The notes beneath the pieces were generated by a model, which saw only the letters and a list, made by a program, of their open reading frames with translations, was not told where the DNA came from and made no database searches. This document shows, piece after piece, positions 21,706 to 30,018 of a stretch of 64,000 nucleotides of DNA (its first letter is position 1; each line of letters opens with the position of its first letter). Made by a program: the position numbers and the translations under genes. Source of the stretch: an uncultured Chloroflexota bacterium (GTDB taxonomy: Bacteria; Chloroflexota; UBA11872); NCBI GenBank assembly GCA_958296175.1, contig OY282448.1, positions 1,424,472-1,488,471 of the forward strand, in the 5' to 3' direction.

Positions 21706-22302
21706 TCACAGCCGCCGCATGATGGAGGTGGCGCGGCCGCGAATCCGCACGTTGTCGGCATAGATCGGCGCCATCTCGGCGTTGGCCGGCTGCAAGCGCA
21801 CCCGGTCCTGTTCGCGAAACACGCGCTTGAGCGTGACGCTGCCGTCCTCCAGCATGGCCACGCCAATCTCACCGTCCTGCACGGTTTCGACGGGTTCGAC
21901 GATGACGATGTCGCCATCGCAGATGTGGTCGTCCACCATGCTGTCGCCGCGCACGCGCAAGGCGTAGGCCGACCCGTGGGGCGAAAACTCGCTGGTGACG
22001 GCAATAGTGTCCAGGCGCGCCTCGTAGGCCTCGATCGGGCTGCCGGCGGCGATTTCCCCCAGGATGGGCACGCTGACGACGCCGCCCGGCATGCCGCCGC
22101 TGAGGAGCTCGATGCCGTGCGCCTGGCCGGAGCGCCGGATGTAGCCCTTGCGTTCCAGGATGTCCAGGTGCTGCTGCACGGTGGCGGGCGCCAGCCCCAG
22201 CACGCCGCCAATGTCCCGCACGCTGGGGGAGTACCCCTCGTCCAAAATGGTCTCGATCGTTCGCAGCACCCGATGCTGGCGCTTCGTCAGCGGATCGCCC
22301 AC
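21706..22302 (-). CDS. lexA: LexA SOS repressor
   Basis: N-terminal wHTH (LTKRQ, SPSVRDIG), Ala-Gly cleavage site IAAG, catalytic GDSM and TLKR. RBS AAGGA. Confidence 0.95.
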   Translation of the reverse strand: MGDPLTKRQHRVLRTIETILDEGYSPSVRDIGGVLGLAPATVQQHLDILERKGYIRRSGQAHGIELLSGGMPGGVVSVPILGEIAAGSPIEAYEARLDTIAVTSEFSPHGSAYALRVRGDSMVDDHICDGDIVIVEPVETVQDGEIGVAMLEDGSVTLKRVFREQDRVRLQPANAEMAPIYADNVRIRGRATSIMRRL

Positions 22303-22369
22303 CGCAAACCGTCCTTGCGTGCAAATCTGGGCCGCCGAGCCGCCGGCGCCCAGACGTCGAGTCGTTCCT

Positions 22370-22398
22370 ATATTGGCTTACATGGTACGAACGTGCAA
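22370..22398 (-). promoter_or_regulatory. Possible lexA promoter
   Basis: TTGCAC-17-CAATAT on the minus strand in a locally AT-rich patch. Confidence 0.35.
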
Positions 22399-22558
22399 GC
22401 GGCCGCGTGCCGCGGTCGCAGGTTTTTTCTGCCGCGCCGCCCGCGCGCGGGCGGCGCGCGTCAGCCCGCGGCGGCGATGCAGACGGCCGCGCCGGTGCGG
22501 ATGCGGCGCAGCGCGTCGGAAGGAGCGCACAACCTCACTCTGTGTGCCAGCGCGTCCG

Positions 22559-23324
22559 TCAGTGGCTCGTCGGTTCGGGCTGCTGGTTCGACCGCCGCGC
22601 TACGCACGCGATGCACATGCACCAGAGATTGCGCGTGTGGTGCCGAAGACCATGCAGCTGCCCACCATCTTGGTCAAAACGCGGAGCGATGATGTCGAAG
22701 TGCCTCGCGTGGGAATGCTCGTAACGCCCGTAGACGGCATTCGCCACCGCGTCCGCGAGTTGGAGCAACCGAGTATTGCGTGCCGGCGTGAAGTAGGGAA
22801 TGTCGGCCAGATTCCGAAGCTGACCCCAGCGGTGGCCCTCTTTCGCAATTCTCGAGGCGACCACCTCCAGATTCTCCCGATAGCTCGACTCGGCGAGAAC
22901 AATCAGTCCCCGGTTTTTCTCGTCACGCTCGCGGTTGACGCGCGAAACCATCCGGTCGAAGCGGTTGAGGAGTTCCTCGAAGCATCGCTCGTACGGGTCG
23001 CCGTCGTACATGCTCTTCTCCAGCGCCACGGCAAAGAGCCGGACATGAGACTTCCCTATCACTTCATAGCAATCGCGCAGGAGGTTCATGCGCGTTGCCC
23101 GACCGAGCGTGTCGAATGGTGGAGGCACATCCTTGTCAGGTTTGTGGAGGTCGACCGCGTGGAAAACCGCCGGCCCGTCGATCTCAGGCAGGTAGCGCTC
23201 ATTCGAGGTCGTCGAGCGCCTTCGCGAGGAAGTAGGTCTCCCGTTCGAAGACCGCGAGCCCTGCAAGGACGAAGTGCTTTGACTTGGCGTGTGTCCCGGA
23301 CTCGTCGAGATACAAGATGTACAT
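22559..23324 (-). CDS. DUF3800-like protein, frameshifted at about 23200
   Basis: N-terminal frame MYILYLDESG...FVLAGLAVFERE ends at GAA-TGA. The C-terminal part (ORF 22559..23266) has LLQLADAVAN and CMCIAC. Confidence 0.8.
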
Positions 23325-23440
23325 GAGGAAGCCCCGGAACGAGTCTGACTCGCTCCGGGGCTATCCCTACTGCTAAGGCTGAAAGCGGCCGGCGGGCCTT
23401 TCGGCCCTGCGGGGTTTCCGGAAGTAGTCCTACCGACCTG
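23325..23440 (-). ncRNA. Candidate structured RNA in the leader of the DUF3800-like gene
   Basis: GGGCC-GAAA-GGCCC GNRA hairpin (23394-23407) and a 14-15 bp stem at 23330-23362 with a G-U pair on the minus strand. Lies directly downstream of a promoter. Confidence 0.6.
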
Positions 23441-23445
23441 ACAAG

Positions 23446-23474
23446 AGCATGGTTGCCAACCGTGCGCGTGTCAA
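23446..23474 (-). promoter_or_regulatory. Sigma-70-type promoter inside the mini-island
   Basis: TTGACA (23469-23474) - 17 bp - CATGCT (23446-23451). Confidence 0.7.
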
Positions 23475-23485
23475 CTCATTTCGGG

Positions 23486-23881
23486 TCAATGGCTCGACGG
23501 TGCCTCGCCGGCGGCGATGCAGACGGCCGCGCCGGTGCGGATGCGGCGCAGCGCGTCGGTGGGTGGGGCCTCGATGCGGCCTACCACGTTGACCGGGCTG
23601 GCGGCGCGCACCTCGTCGCCGCGGCTGACGGGGGTGCGGCCGAAGAACACGCAGAAGGCCGATCCCGGCGGCCAGTAGCCCAGGTCGCCAACCTGCACCA
23701 CGTCGGACGCGCCCGGCTCCAGGTCGGCCTGCACGCCCACGTCGAAGTAGAACTCGCGCCCCCAGGTGTTGACGGTGCGCTGGATCGGCAGCGCGTCCCA
23801 GATGAGGTCGGCCGTGGGCGTGTCGTGCAGCACGGCGTCCATTTCCACGCCGCCAACGGTGATGGTGATGCGGCGCGGCAT
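23486..23881 (-). CDS. Cyclophilin-like fold protein (TM1367/DUF369-like)
   Basis: IWDALPI, NTWGREFYF, GDLGYWPPGSAFCVFFGRTP and ASPVNVVG. Confidence 0.85.
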   Translation of the reverse strand: MPRRITITVGGVEMDAVLHDTPTADLIWDALPIQRTVNTWGREFYFDVGVQADLEPGASDVVQVGDLGYWPPGSAFCVFFGRTPVSRGDEVRAASPVNVVGRIEAPPTDALRRIRTGAAVCIAAGEAPSSH

Positions 23882-23963
23882 TGGACTCGGGGCTGTTGGG
23901 TCGTCGGCGGACCTTAGCACCGCGGCCGGACGGCGTGCGGCCTGACGTTCGGCACCGGGCGCG

Positions 23964-23993
23964 TTGACACCCGTTTTGTGGGCTTCCTAAGCT
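23964..23993 (+). promoter_or_regulatory. Putative sigma-70 promoter of the dehydrogenase gene
   Basis: TTGACA-18-TAAGCT. Confidence 0.5.
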
Positions 23994-24027
23994 CGTTGCG
24001 CCGCTTTTCCACTGAAACGATGCGCAC

Positions 24028-25032
24028 GTGGCTGGCGACCCCACGCGACACAAGATCCTCATTACGGACTACGTCTGGCCCTCCACCGCCCCGGAGCGGG
24101 AGATCCTGGCCGAGCTGGACGCCGAGGTCGTGGAGGCCGATTCGAGCGACGAGGCGCGCCTGGTCGAGCTGGCGGCCGACGTGACCGGCATCCTGACCTG
24201 TTTCCACCAGGTGACCGCGGCCGTCGTGCGCGCCTCCCCGCGGCTGCGCGTGGTGGGCCGTTACGGCGTTGGCACCGACAACATCGACGTGGACACGTGC
24301 ACCGAGCTGGACATTCCGGTGACCTTCGTGCCCGACTACGGGTACGAAGAAGTTGCCGACCACGCCATGGCGCTGCTGATGGCGCTGGCGCGCGGCATTG
24401 CGGTGCTGGACCGCAGCGTGCGGGCCGGCGCCTGGAGCAACCAGCCGGCGCGCCCCATGCACCGCATGCGCGGGCGCGCACTGGGCATCCTGGGCTACGG
24501 GCGCATCGGGCGCGCGCTGGCGCAGCGCGCCGTTCCCCACGGGCTGCGCGTGCTGGTGCACGACCCCTACGCCGACGCCGCGCGCGTGGCCGACGTGGGC
24601 GCCGAGCTGGTGGACAAGCCGCGCCTGATCGCCGAATCGGACTTCGTCTCCGTCCACGCGCCGCTGACCCCGGAAACGCGCCACACCATCGGCGAGCCGG
24701 AGCTGCGCGCCATGAAGCCCACCGCCTGCGTCGTCAACACCGCGCGCGGGCCGCTGGTGGACGAATATGCGCTGGCGCGGGCGCTGGCCGAGGGGTGGAT
24801 CGCGGGCGCGGGCATCGACGTGCTCGAACAGGAGCCCCCGCCGCCCGATCACCCTCTGATCGGGTTGGACCGCGCCATCGTGACCCCGCACGCCGCCTTT
24901 CTGTCCGAGGAGTCCGTGCTGGAGCTGGAACAGCGCGCCGCCAGGTCGGTGGTGCGGGTGCTGCAAGGCAAGATGCCCGAGTACGTGTGGAACCGCAGCG
25001 TGCTCGACCGGGTGGCGCTGGCGGACGACTGA
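24028..25032 (+). CDS. D-isomer-specific 2-hydroxyacid dehydrogenase (CtBP/SerA-like)
   Basis: RYGVGTDNID, GILGYGRIG, VHAPLTPET, VNTARG, DVLEQEP and TPHAAF. Confidence 0.93.
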   Translation: MAGDPTRHKILITDYVWPSTAPEREILAELDAEVVEADSSDEARLVELAADVTGILTCFHQVTAAVVRASPRLRVVGRYGVGTDNIDVDTCTELDIPVTFVPDYGYEEVADHAMALLMALARGIAVLDRSVRAGAWSNQPARPMHRMRGRALGILGYGRIGRALAQRAVPHGLRVLVHDPYADAARVADVGAELVDKPRLIAESDFVSVHAPLTPETRHTIGEPELRAMKPTACVVNTARGPLVDEYALARALAEGWIAGAGIDVLEQEPPPPDHPLIGLDRAIVTPHAAFLSEESVLELEQRAARSVVRVLQGKMPEYVWNRSVLDRVALADD

Positions 25033-25062
25033 GCGCGCCCCGGGTTCGCGCGGCGCTTCTTT

Positions 25063-25104
25063 CCCCCTCTCCCCCTCGAGGGGGAGAGGGTCGGGGTGAG
25101 GGGG
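25063..25104. repeat. REP-like palindrome, family A
   Basis: CCCCCTCTCCCCCTCGAGGGGGAGAGGGTCGGGGTGAGGGGG between convergent genes. Confidence 0.8.
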
Positions 25105-25121
25105 AGACGCCGCTGGCGGTC

Positions 25122-26006
25122 TTACTCGATGAAGCTGCGGGAGAGCCAGGCGGTCCCGAAGGCGACCGGAGCGCCGACACCCAGGCCGAGGACGAGTTGG
25201 CCGAGGTCGCCGCCGAACAGCAGGAACGGCGCTTCCGGCGTCTCTATCCAGACCCACCAGCGCACCAGGAGCCACCAGGCGGCCAGGCTGGCCAGAAAAA
25301 CCCCCGCGGTGCGCAGCCCGATTCGCGGTCGTGAGCCGCCGGACACCATCGTTCCCGAGCCCCGAACGCTGGCCGGCGGGCCTTGGGCGGCGGGCGGCGG
25401 GCCTTCGACGGGCCGCGGGCCGCGCGGCGCCTCGGCCCGCGCCGCGGCCTCGCGCTCCACGATGCGGCGCGCGTGCGCCCCCGCCGGCGCGTTGCTCGCC
25501 ACCGCCAGCGCCAGCGGGTAGGCCCGATAGAAATACCAGCGGAACACCAGGCTGATCGGGAGTCCAAAGGCGATCCCCAGACCCACGACGGCGCCGGCCT
25601 GCGCGGCCTGCATCAGCGCCAGCGCGGCCAGCAGCATCACCCAGAGCAGCAGCTGGTGGACGAGGTAGCGCCGCCCGCTGGGGTGGCTCTGAAACCGTTG
25701 GTGCGCGTTTTCTTCCCGCCAGCGAACGCGCTCGATAACGGCCAGGCCCAGGCCGGCCGCGCCCGTGAGCACGAAGATGGCGCCGGCCTGCGCAAAGAAC
25801 ATCAGCAGGCCGGGAAGCGCGCCGCTCAGAACGCCGGCCACGGCGATGGACGGCCAGGCGGCAATGGCGGCGCGCACCTGCGCGCGGTAACGCACGAACG
25901 CGCGGCCGGCTTCGTGCGGCTCGTAGCCGGCGCGGGTCATGGCCAGCACCGCCTGCTGCGTGTGCTGAGGGTCCTCGGGCAGCCCCGGCCGCAGGCGGCT
26001 CAGCAT
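25122..26006 (-). CDS. Hypothetical membrane protein
   Basis: Several hydrophobic segments separated by a Pro/Ala linker. No family recognised. Confidence 0.6.
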   Translation of the reverse strand: MLSRLRPGLPEDPQHTQQAVLAMTRAGYEPHEAGRAFVRYRAQVRAAIAAWPSIAVAGVLSGALPGLLMFFAQAGAIFVLTGAAGLGLAVIERVRWREENAHQRFQSHPSGRRYLVHQLLLWVMLLAALALMQAAQAGAVVGLGIAFGLPISLVFRWYFYRAYPLALAVASNAPAGAHARRIVEREAAARAEAPRGPRPVEGPPPAAQGPPASVRGSGTMVSGGSRPRIGLRTAGVFLASLAAWWLLVRWWVWIETPEAPFLLFGGDLGQLVLGLGVGAPVAFGTAWLSRSFIE

Positions 26007-26282
26007 CCGGCCGCCCCGCGCCGCCGGCCGACGGCCCGCCAGGGAACGACCAACGGGGTCACGACCGCATGCGCCGCGTGCTGTTCGTCGATGCCGATGC
26101 CCCCCGCAGGATTCTGGACCAGGGCTGGCGCAGTGTACCCGCGAGCGCCCGCGGGACATCGTTCACGCCCGCGCCGATAACTGGCGCACCAACCGTGAAG
26201 ACGGCCGTTCACCCCCCCCCCGCGCAGCGCCCGCCTCGTTCCGACGCAGCACCGGCCAGCGTTCCTTCCACACCCCGTTCGT

Positions 26283-26325
26283 CCCCTCTCCCCCCTCAGG
26301 GGGGAGAGGGTTAGGGTGAGGGGGG
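26283..26325. repeat. REP-like palindrome, family A (contains the stop codon of the LRR gene)
   Basis: CCCCTCTCCCCCCTCAGGGGGGAGAGGGTTAGGGTGAGGGGGG, with TTA at 26311-26313. Confidence 0.8.
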
Positions 26326-29300
26326 CGCGGGGGCGAAGACTTCGAACTCTCGCCAGGTCTCGGCCGGGTAGAGCAGGTCGCGCACCGCGTCGCCTAGCAG
26401 CGCCAGCTTCACTGGCTGGTCGGGGTCGCTGGGGTGGTACTCGAACACTGCCGCCTGGAAGTACTGGCGGATGAACCCGGGCGTGGCGCCCGGCAGCGCC
26501 AGCACCGCGTCAGGGTGCGTGTCCGCGCGCGCGTCCGTCTTCGGGTAGCCGAACGCGGCCACGCCGCCCAGACGCTCGAACACGTCCAGGAAGCCGGTGT
26601 AGGTCCCGTCCACCGCAACGTTGGACACGCGGTGACCCCAGGGTCCCAAAACCTGGCCGGGCTGCTCGGAGATCAGACCCGGCTCCACGCCCAGATCGGG
26701 CGCGCCGGCCAGGCCGCCGCCCTGGTAGTCCCAGACCAGCCGCCGCTCCATGCGCCACACGCCTTCGCGCTGCTGACAGTCGACGATGCCGCGTTGGTAG
26801 TACTGCGTGAAGACCCTGGGCCGTTCCACCATCACTTCGGAGGTGGGCCAGCCCCAGCGTTCCAGGCCGCCGGTGGCGTCGTAGTGCCCCAGGAAATCGC
26901 AGACCACGGATTCCTCGGCGGCGTCCCCCTCCTGGGCGGCCGCGAAGGTGACGCGCAGCGTGGGGATGTTGTGGGCCAGATGCGGGGCCGGCGCGGTGGC
27001 GCGGCTGTCCTCCACGACCACGCGGCGGTCGGCGCCCTCGGCGGGTTCGTCCGCGGGTTCGGGGGCCGCCCGCGGCGTCGGCGCGGGCGTCGGCGCTGGC
27101 GTGGCCCCAGGCGCCGGCGTAGCGGCCGGCCCGGGCACCGGCGTGGCGCCAGGCGCGGGCGTGCCGCTCGGCCCGGGCGCAGGGGTGGCCGTCGGCGCGC
27201 CGGCCGCCGCAACCGCGGCGCTCCAGGACGCGCTCGGGTCGTTCGTCTGGTCGCTGTCGCCGTGGAAGGTCACCGACAGCGGCCCCGGCAGGTGCGCCGC
27301 CGTCACCGTCAGGCTGGCCGTCACCACGGTCTCTGCTCCAACTGCCAGCGTGCCGTCGCCCACGGTCTGGCGCGCGACGCCCAGCTGCGGCGAGCGCCAG
27401 AACACTCCGGTCAGGGGTTCGGTGCCCGTGTTGCGCAGCGTGAAGCGCCACTCGATCCTCTCGCCCACGCGCACGGGGCTGGCCGGGCCAGCCACCTCGA
27501 CCTCCAGCCGCGGGTGCCGCGACGCCGGCCGGTCGGTGACCGTCACCGCGATACGGTGCGCCGTCCACAGCGTGCCGTTGCTGGCCGACACGATCACCGT
27601 GGCCGTCCCGGTGCTTCCCGGCGTGATCGTGACCCGCGCGCCGTCGATGCTGACGCTGGCCGCGGCCGGGTTGGACGACGACGCCGTGTACGTCAGCGTC
27701 AGGTCGTTGACTTCGCTGAACGCATCCGTCACGTCCAGCGTGCGCGACCCGCCGCCGGCATAGAGCGACACCGACCCCAGGGTTCCCACCCGCAGCACGT
27801 CGTCCGCGCCGTCGGTCACCGTGATGGTGACGATGATGATGTCTAGGCCGCCTTGGGTGCCAGGGGCGACGCCGTCGTTCGCGGTGAGGACGACCTGGTA
27901 CTGGTTGTCGCCATCGGCGTCGAGAGGGTCTTCGAAGTCCAGCGGCTCCTCGACCGAGATCTGGCCGCTGTCGTCGACGGCGAAGAACGCCGAGTCGCGG
28001 CCGCTGAGGGTGTAGGTGAGCGCCTGCGTGCCGGCCACCGGCTGGTTGTCCGGGTCGCTGGCGACGACCGGCGCGCCAATCGCCGCTCCTGCCAGGCTAT
28101 GCTCGACGATCGAGCGGGCATCGGTAGCCGCCGCAAACGCCGGCGGGCCGCACCAGGCCGCCGCTTCGTCGGACGTGGCCGCGCCGGTCAGCCGCAGGCG
28201 GTTCACCAGCCCGGCCGGCGAGGTGGGCACGGTGATCGGGTTGCCCTGCAGCCAGATCTTCAGCCCCGACGCCAGGTTGTTCAGTTGCGTCGGCACGGCG
28301 CCGCTCAACTGGTTGCAGTGCAGGTAGAGCGGACGCACATTGCTCAGGGAGGACAAGCTGCCCAACGACGATGGAATGGTGCCGCTCAACTGGTTGTTGT
28401 ACAGGTAGAGGTACTGGAGACTCGAGAGGCTGCCCAACTGCGTCGGAATGCTGCCGCTCAGCTGGTTGTTGTCGAGGAGAAGGTACAGGAGGCTGGTCAG
28501 GCTGCCTAACGACGACGGGATGCTGCCGCTCAGCTGGTTGTTGTACAGGTAGAGGTACTGGAGATTCGAGAGGCTGCCCAACGAAGACGGAATGCTGCCG
28601 CTCAGTTGGTTATGGTGGAGGTAGAGGCCCTGGAGGTTGGACAGGCTGCCCAACTGCGTAGGAATGCTGCCGGTCAGTTTGTTGCGGTAGAGCCGGAGAT
28701 TCGTGAGACTCGACAAGCTGCCCAACGATGTCGGAATGTCTCCGCTCAACTCGTTGTCGTCCAGCCAGAGGCCGGTGAGACTCGACAGATTGCCGAGTTG
28801 CGACGGAATCTCTCCGTCCAAATTATTGCCGCTGAGGAGGAGGGTCTGGAGGTTAGAGAGGCCGCCCAGTTGGGCGGGGATGGCCCCGTCCAGCTGATTG
28901 TTCTCGATCTGTAAGTGCTGGAGCGCCGACAAATTACCCAGCTGTGATGGAATCGTCCCGGTCAACCGGTTGTTTTTGAGTGAGAGATCGGTGAAGAGGG
29001 TGCTCGACCAGTTGCCAAACTCAACGGGAATCGGCCCGCTCAGCTGGTTGTGCGAGAACGAGAGCCTCCAGAGGTTCGCCAGGTTGCCCAGCTCTTTGGG
29101 GATACTGCCTTCCAACCGGTTTCCGTGCAGATAGAGGATGTTGAGCTTCGACAGATGGCTCAGCTCGGCAGGAATCCGCCCGCGCAACTGATTGTTGCCG
29201 AGCGCGAGCCGCGTGAGTTCGGACAGGCCGCCCAGCGCCGACGGAACCTTGCCGGTCAGCGCCTTGGCCTGCCAGACGATCTCCGTGACCCCTTTCGCGG

Positions 29301-29592
29301 CGTCCACGGTAATGCCGTCCCAGCTGGTCATGGCGGTGGCGGCGTCCCAGTCGAGCGTGGCCGTGCCGCGCAGCTGGTCCTTGAGATTCAGCAGGATTTC
29401 GCAGTCGCGGGCGACGTTGGCGTGGGCACCGCTGGCGGACGCGGTGGGGTTGTCCGTGTCGCAGCCGAAGTCGGTGGCGGCGGCGGCCGGCCCGGCCGCG
29501 GCCCAGAGCATGGCCGCCAGCAGCGCGCCGACCAGCAGCAGCGCACCGACCGCGGCGGGGCGCGTCAGGCGCTGTGTACTCAATTTGAGCAC
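26311..29592 (-). CDS. Secreted multidomain protein: signal peptide, plant-type LRR array, cadherin-like domain, Ig-like domains, Pro/Thr/Ala linker and C-terminal surface domain
   Basis: About 13-14 24-aa repeats of the form LSxLxxLxLxxNQLSGxIPxxLGx. ASDPD...LDFE cadherin motifs. WGWPTSE / FGYPKT in the C-terminal domain. Confidence 0.9.
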   Translation of the reverse strand: MLKLSTQRLTRPAAVGALLLVGALLAAMLWAAAGPAAAATDFGCDTDNPTASASGAHANVARDCEILLNLKDQLRGTATLDWDAATAMTSWDGITVDAAKGVTEIVWQAKALTGKVPSALGGLSELTRLALGNNQLRGRIPAELSHLSKLNILYLHGNRLEGSIPKELGNLANLWRLSFSHNQLSGPIPVEFGNWSSTLFTDLSLKNNRLTGTIPSQLGNLSALQHLQIENNQLDGAIPAQLGGLSNLQTLLLSGNNLDGEIPSQLGNLSSLTGLWLDDNELSGDIPTSLGSLSSLTNLRLYRNKLTGSIPTQLGSLSNLQGLYLHHNQLSGSIPSSLGSLSNLQYLYLYNNQLSGSIPSSLGSLTSLLYLLLDNNQLSGSIPTQLGSLSSLQYLYLYNNQLSGTIPSSLGSLSSLSNVRPLYLHCNQLSGAVPTQLNNLASGLKIWLQGNPITVPTSPAGLVNRLRLTGAATSDEAAAWCGPPAFAAATDARSIVEHSLAGAAIGAPVVASDPDNQPVAGTQALTYTLSGRDSAFFAVDDSGQISVEEPLDFEDPLDADGDNQYQVVLTANDGVAPGTQGGLDIIIVTITVTDGADDVLRVGTLGSVSLYAGGGSRTLDVTDAFSEVNDLTLTYTASSSNPAAASVSIDGARVTITPGSTGTATVIVSASNGTLWTAHRIAVTVTDRPASRHPRLEVEVAGPASPVRVGERIEWRFTLRNTGTEPLTGVFWRSPQLGVARQTVGDGTLAVGAETVVTASLTVTAAHLPGPLSVTFHGDSDQTNDPSASWSAAVAAAGAPTATPAPGPSGTPAPGATPVPGPAATPAPGATPAPTPAPTPRAAPEPADEPAEGADRRVVVEDSRATAPAPHLAHNIPTLRVTFAAAQEGDAAEESVVCDFLGHYDATGGLERWGWPTSEVMVERPRVFTQYYQRGIVDCQQREGVWRMERRLVWDYQGGGLAGAPDLGVEPGLISEQPGQVLGPWGHRVSNVAVDGTYTGFLDVFERLGGVAAFGYPKTDARADTHPDAVLALPGATPGFIRQYFQAAVFEYHPSDPDQPVKLALLGDAVRDLLYPAETWREFEVFAPAPPSP

Positions 29593-29744
29593 GGGGGGGG
29601 GGGTGATTGCAAGGAGGCCAAGCGCCCGGACGGACGGTCGCGCTGTGTCGCATTGGGTCCCGCTTCGGTGAGGTCAACAAGCCGTGGGAGGCGGAGTCTA
29701 CCCAACAGGCGGCGGGGCGCGCAAGCCCAAAGGGGAGGCGCCCC

Positions 29745-29784
29745 CCCCCTCACCCCAACCCTCTCCCCCCGCGGGGGGAGAGGG
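29745..29784. repeat. REP-like palindrome, family A (opposite orientation)
   Basis: CCCCTCACCCCAACCCTCTCCCCCCGCGGGGGGAGAGGG, with degenerate copies to about 29880. Confidence 0.8.
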
Positions 29785-30018
29785 AAAAAGAGACGGACGC
29801 CCGCTTTTCCTCGATGGACGCGCATCTCTCCCCAGGGAGAGAGGGAAGAGGGGACTCCCCTCACCCCATCCTTCTAGAAGGAGGACGCGCGCGCGGAGGG
29901 GTTGGGTGTGCACCAGGCGTGTGCGGCCCGTGGCGCGCGGGGGGATTGGCGCCTCGGTCTGGCGCATCGCCGGCCGCAGGGAGAAGAAACGGGCGCGGGG
30001 GATTTGGCGGGGGTGGGT

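Larger units (their letters stand above)
22469..23559. mobile_element. Mini-island bounded by a perfect 51-bp direct repeat (22469-22519 = 23509-23559)
   Basis: Identical 51-mer CGGCGGCGATGCAGACGGCCGCGCCGGTGCGGATGCGGCGCAGCGCGTCGG on both sides of a visibly more AT-rich segment. No integrase inside. Confidence 0.8.

Noticed and set aside
22320-22420. Canonical GAAC-N4-GTTC LexA box
   Set aside because: Only half-sites are visible.
23190-23210. prfB-style programmed +1 frameshift in the DUF3800-like gene
   Set aside because: GAA-UGA offers no good re-pairing for the P-site tRNA and no internal Shine-Dalgarno is visible. Left as unresolved.
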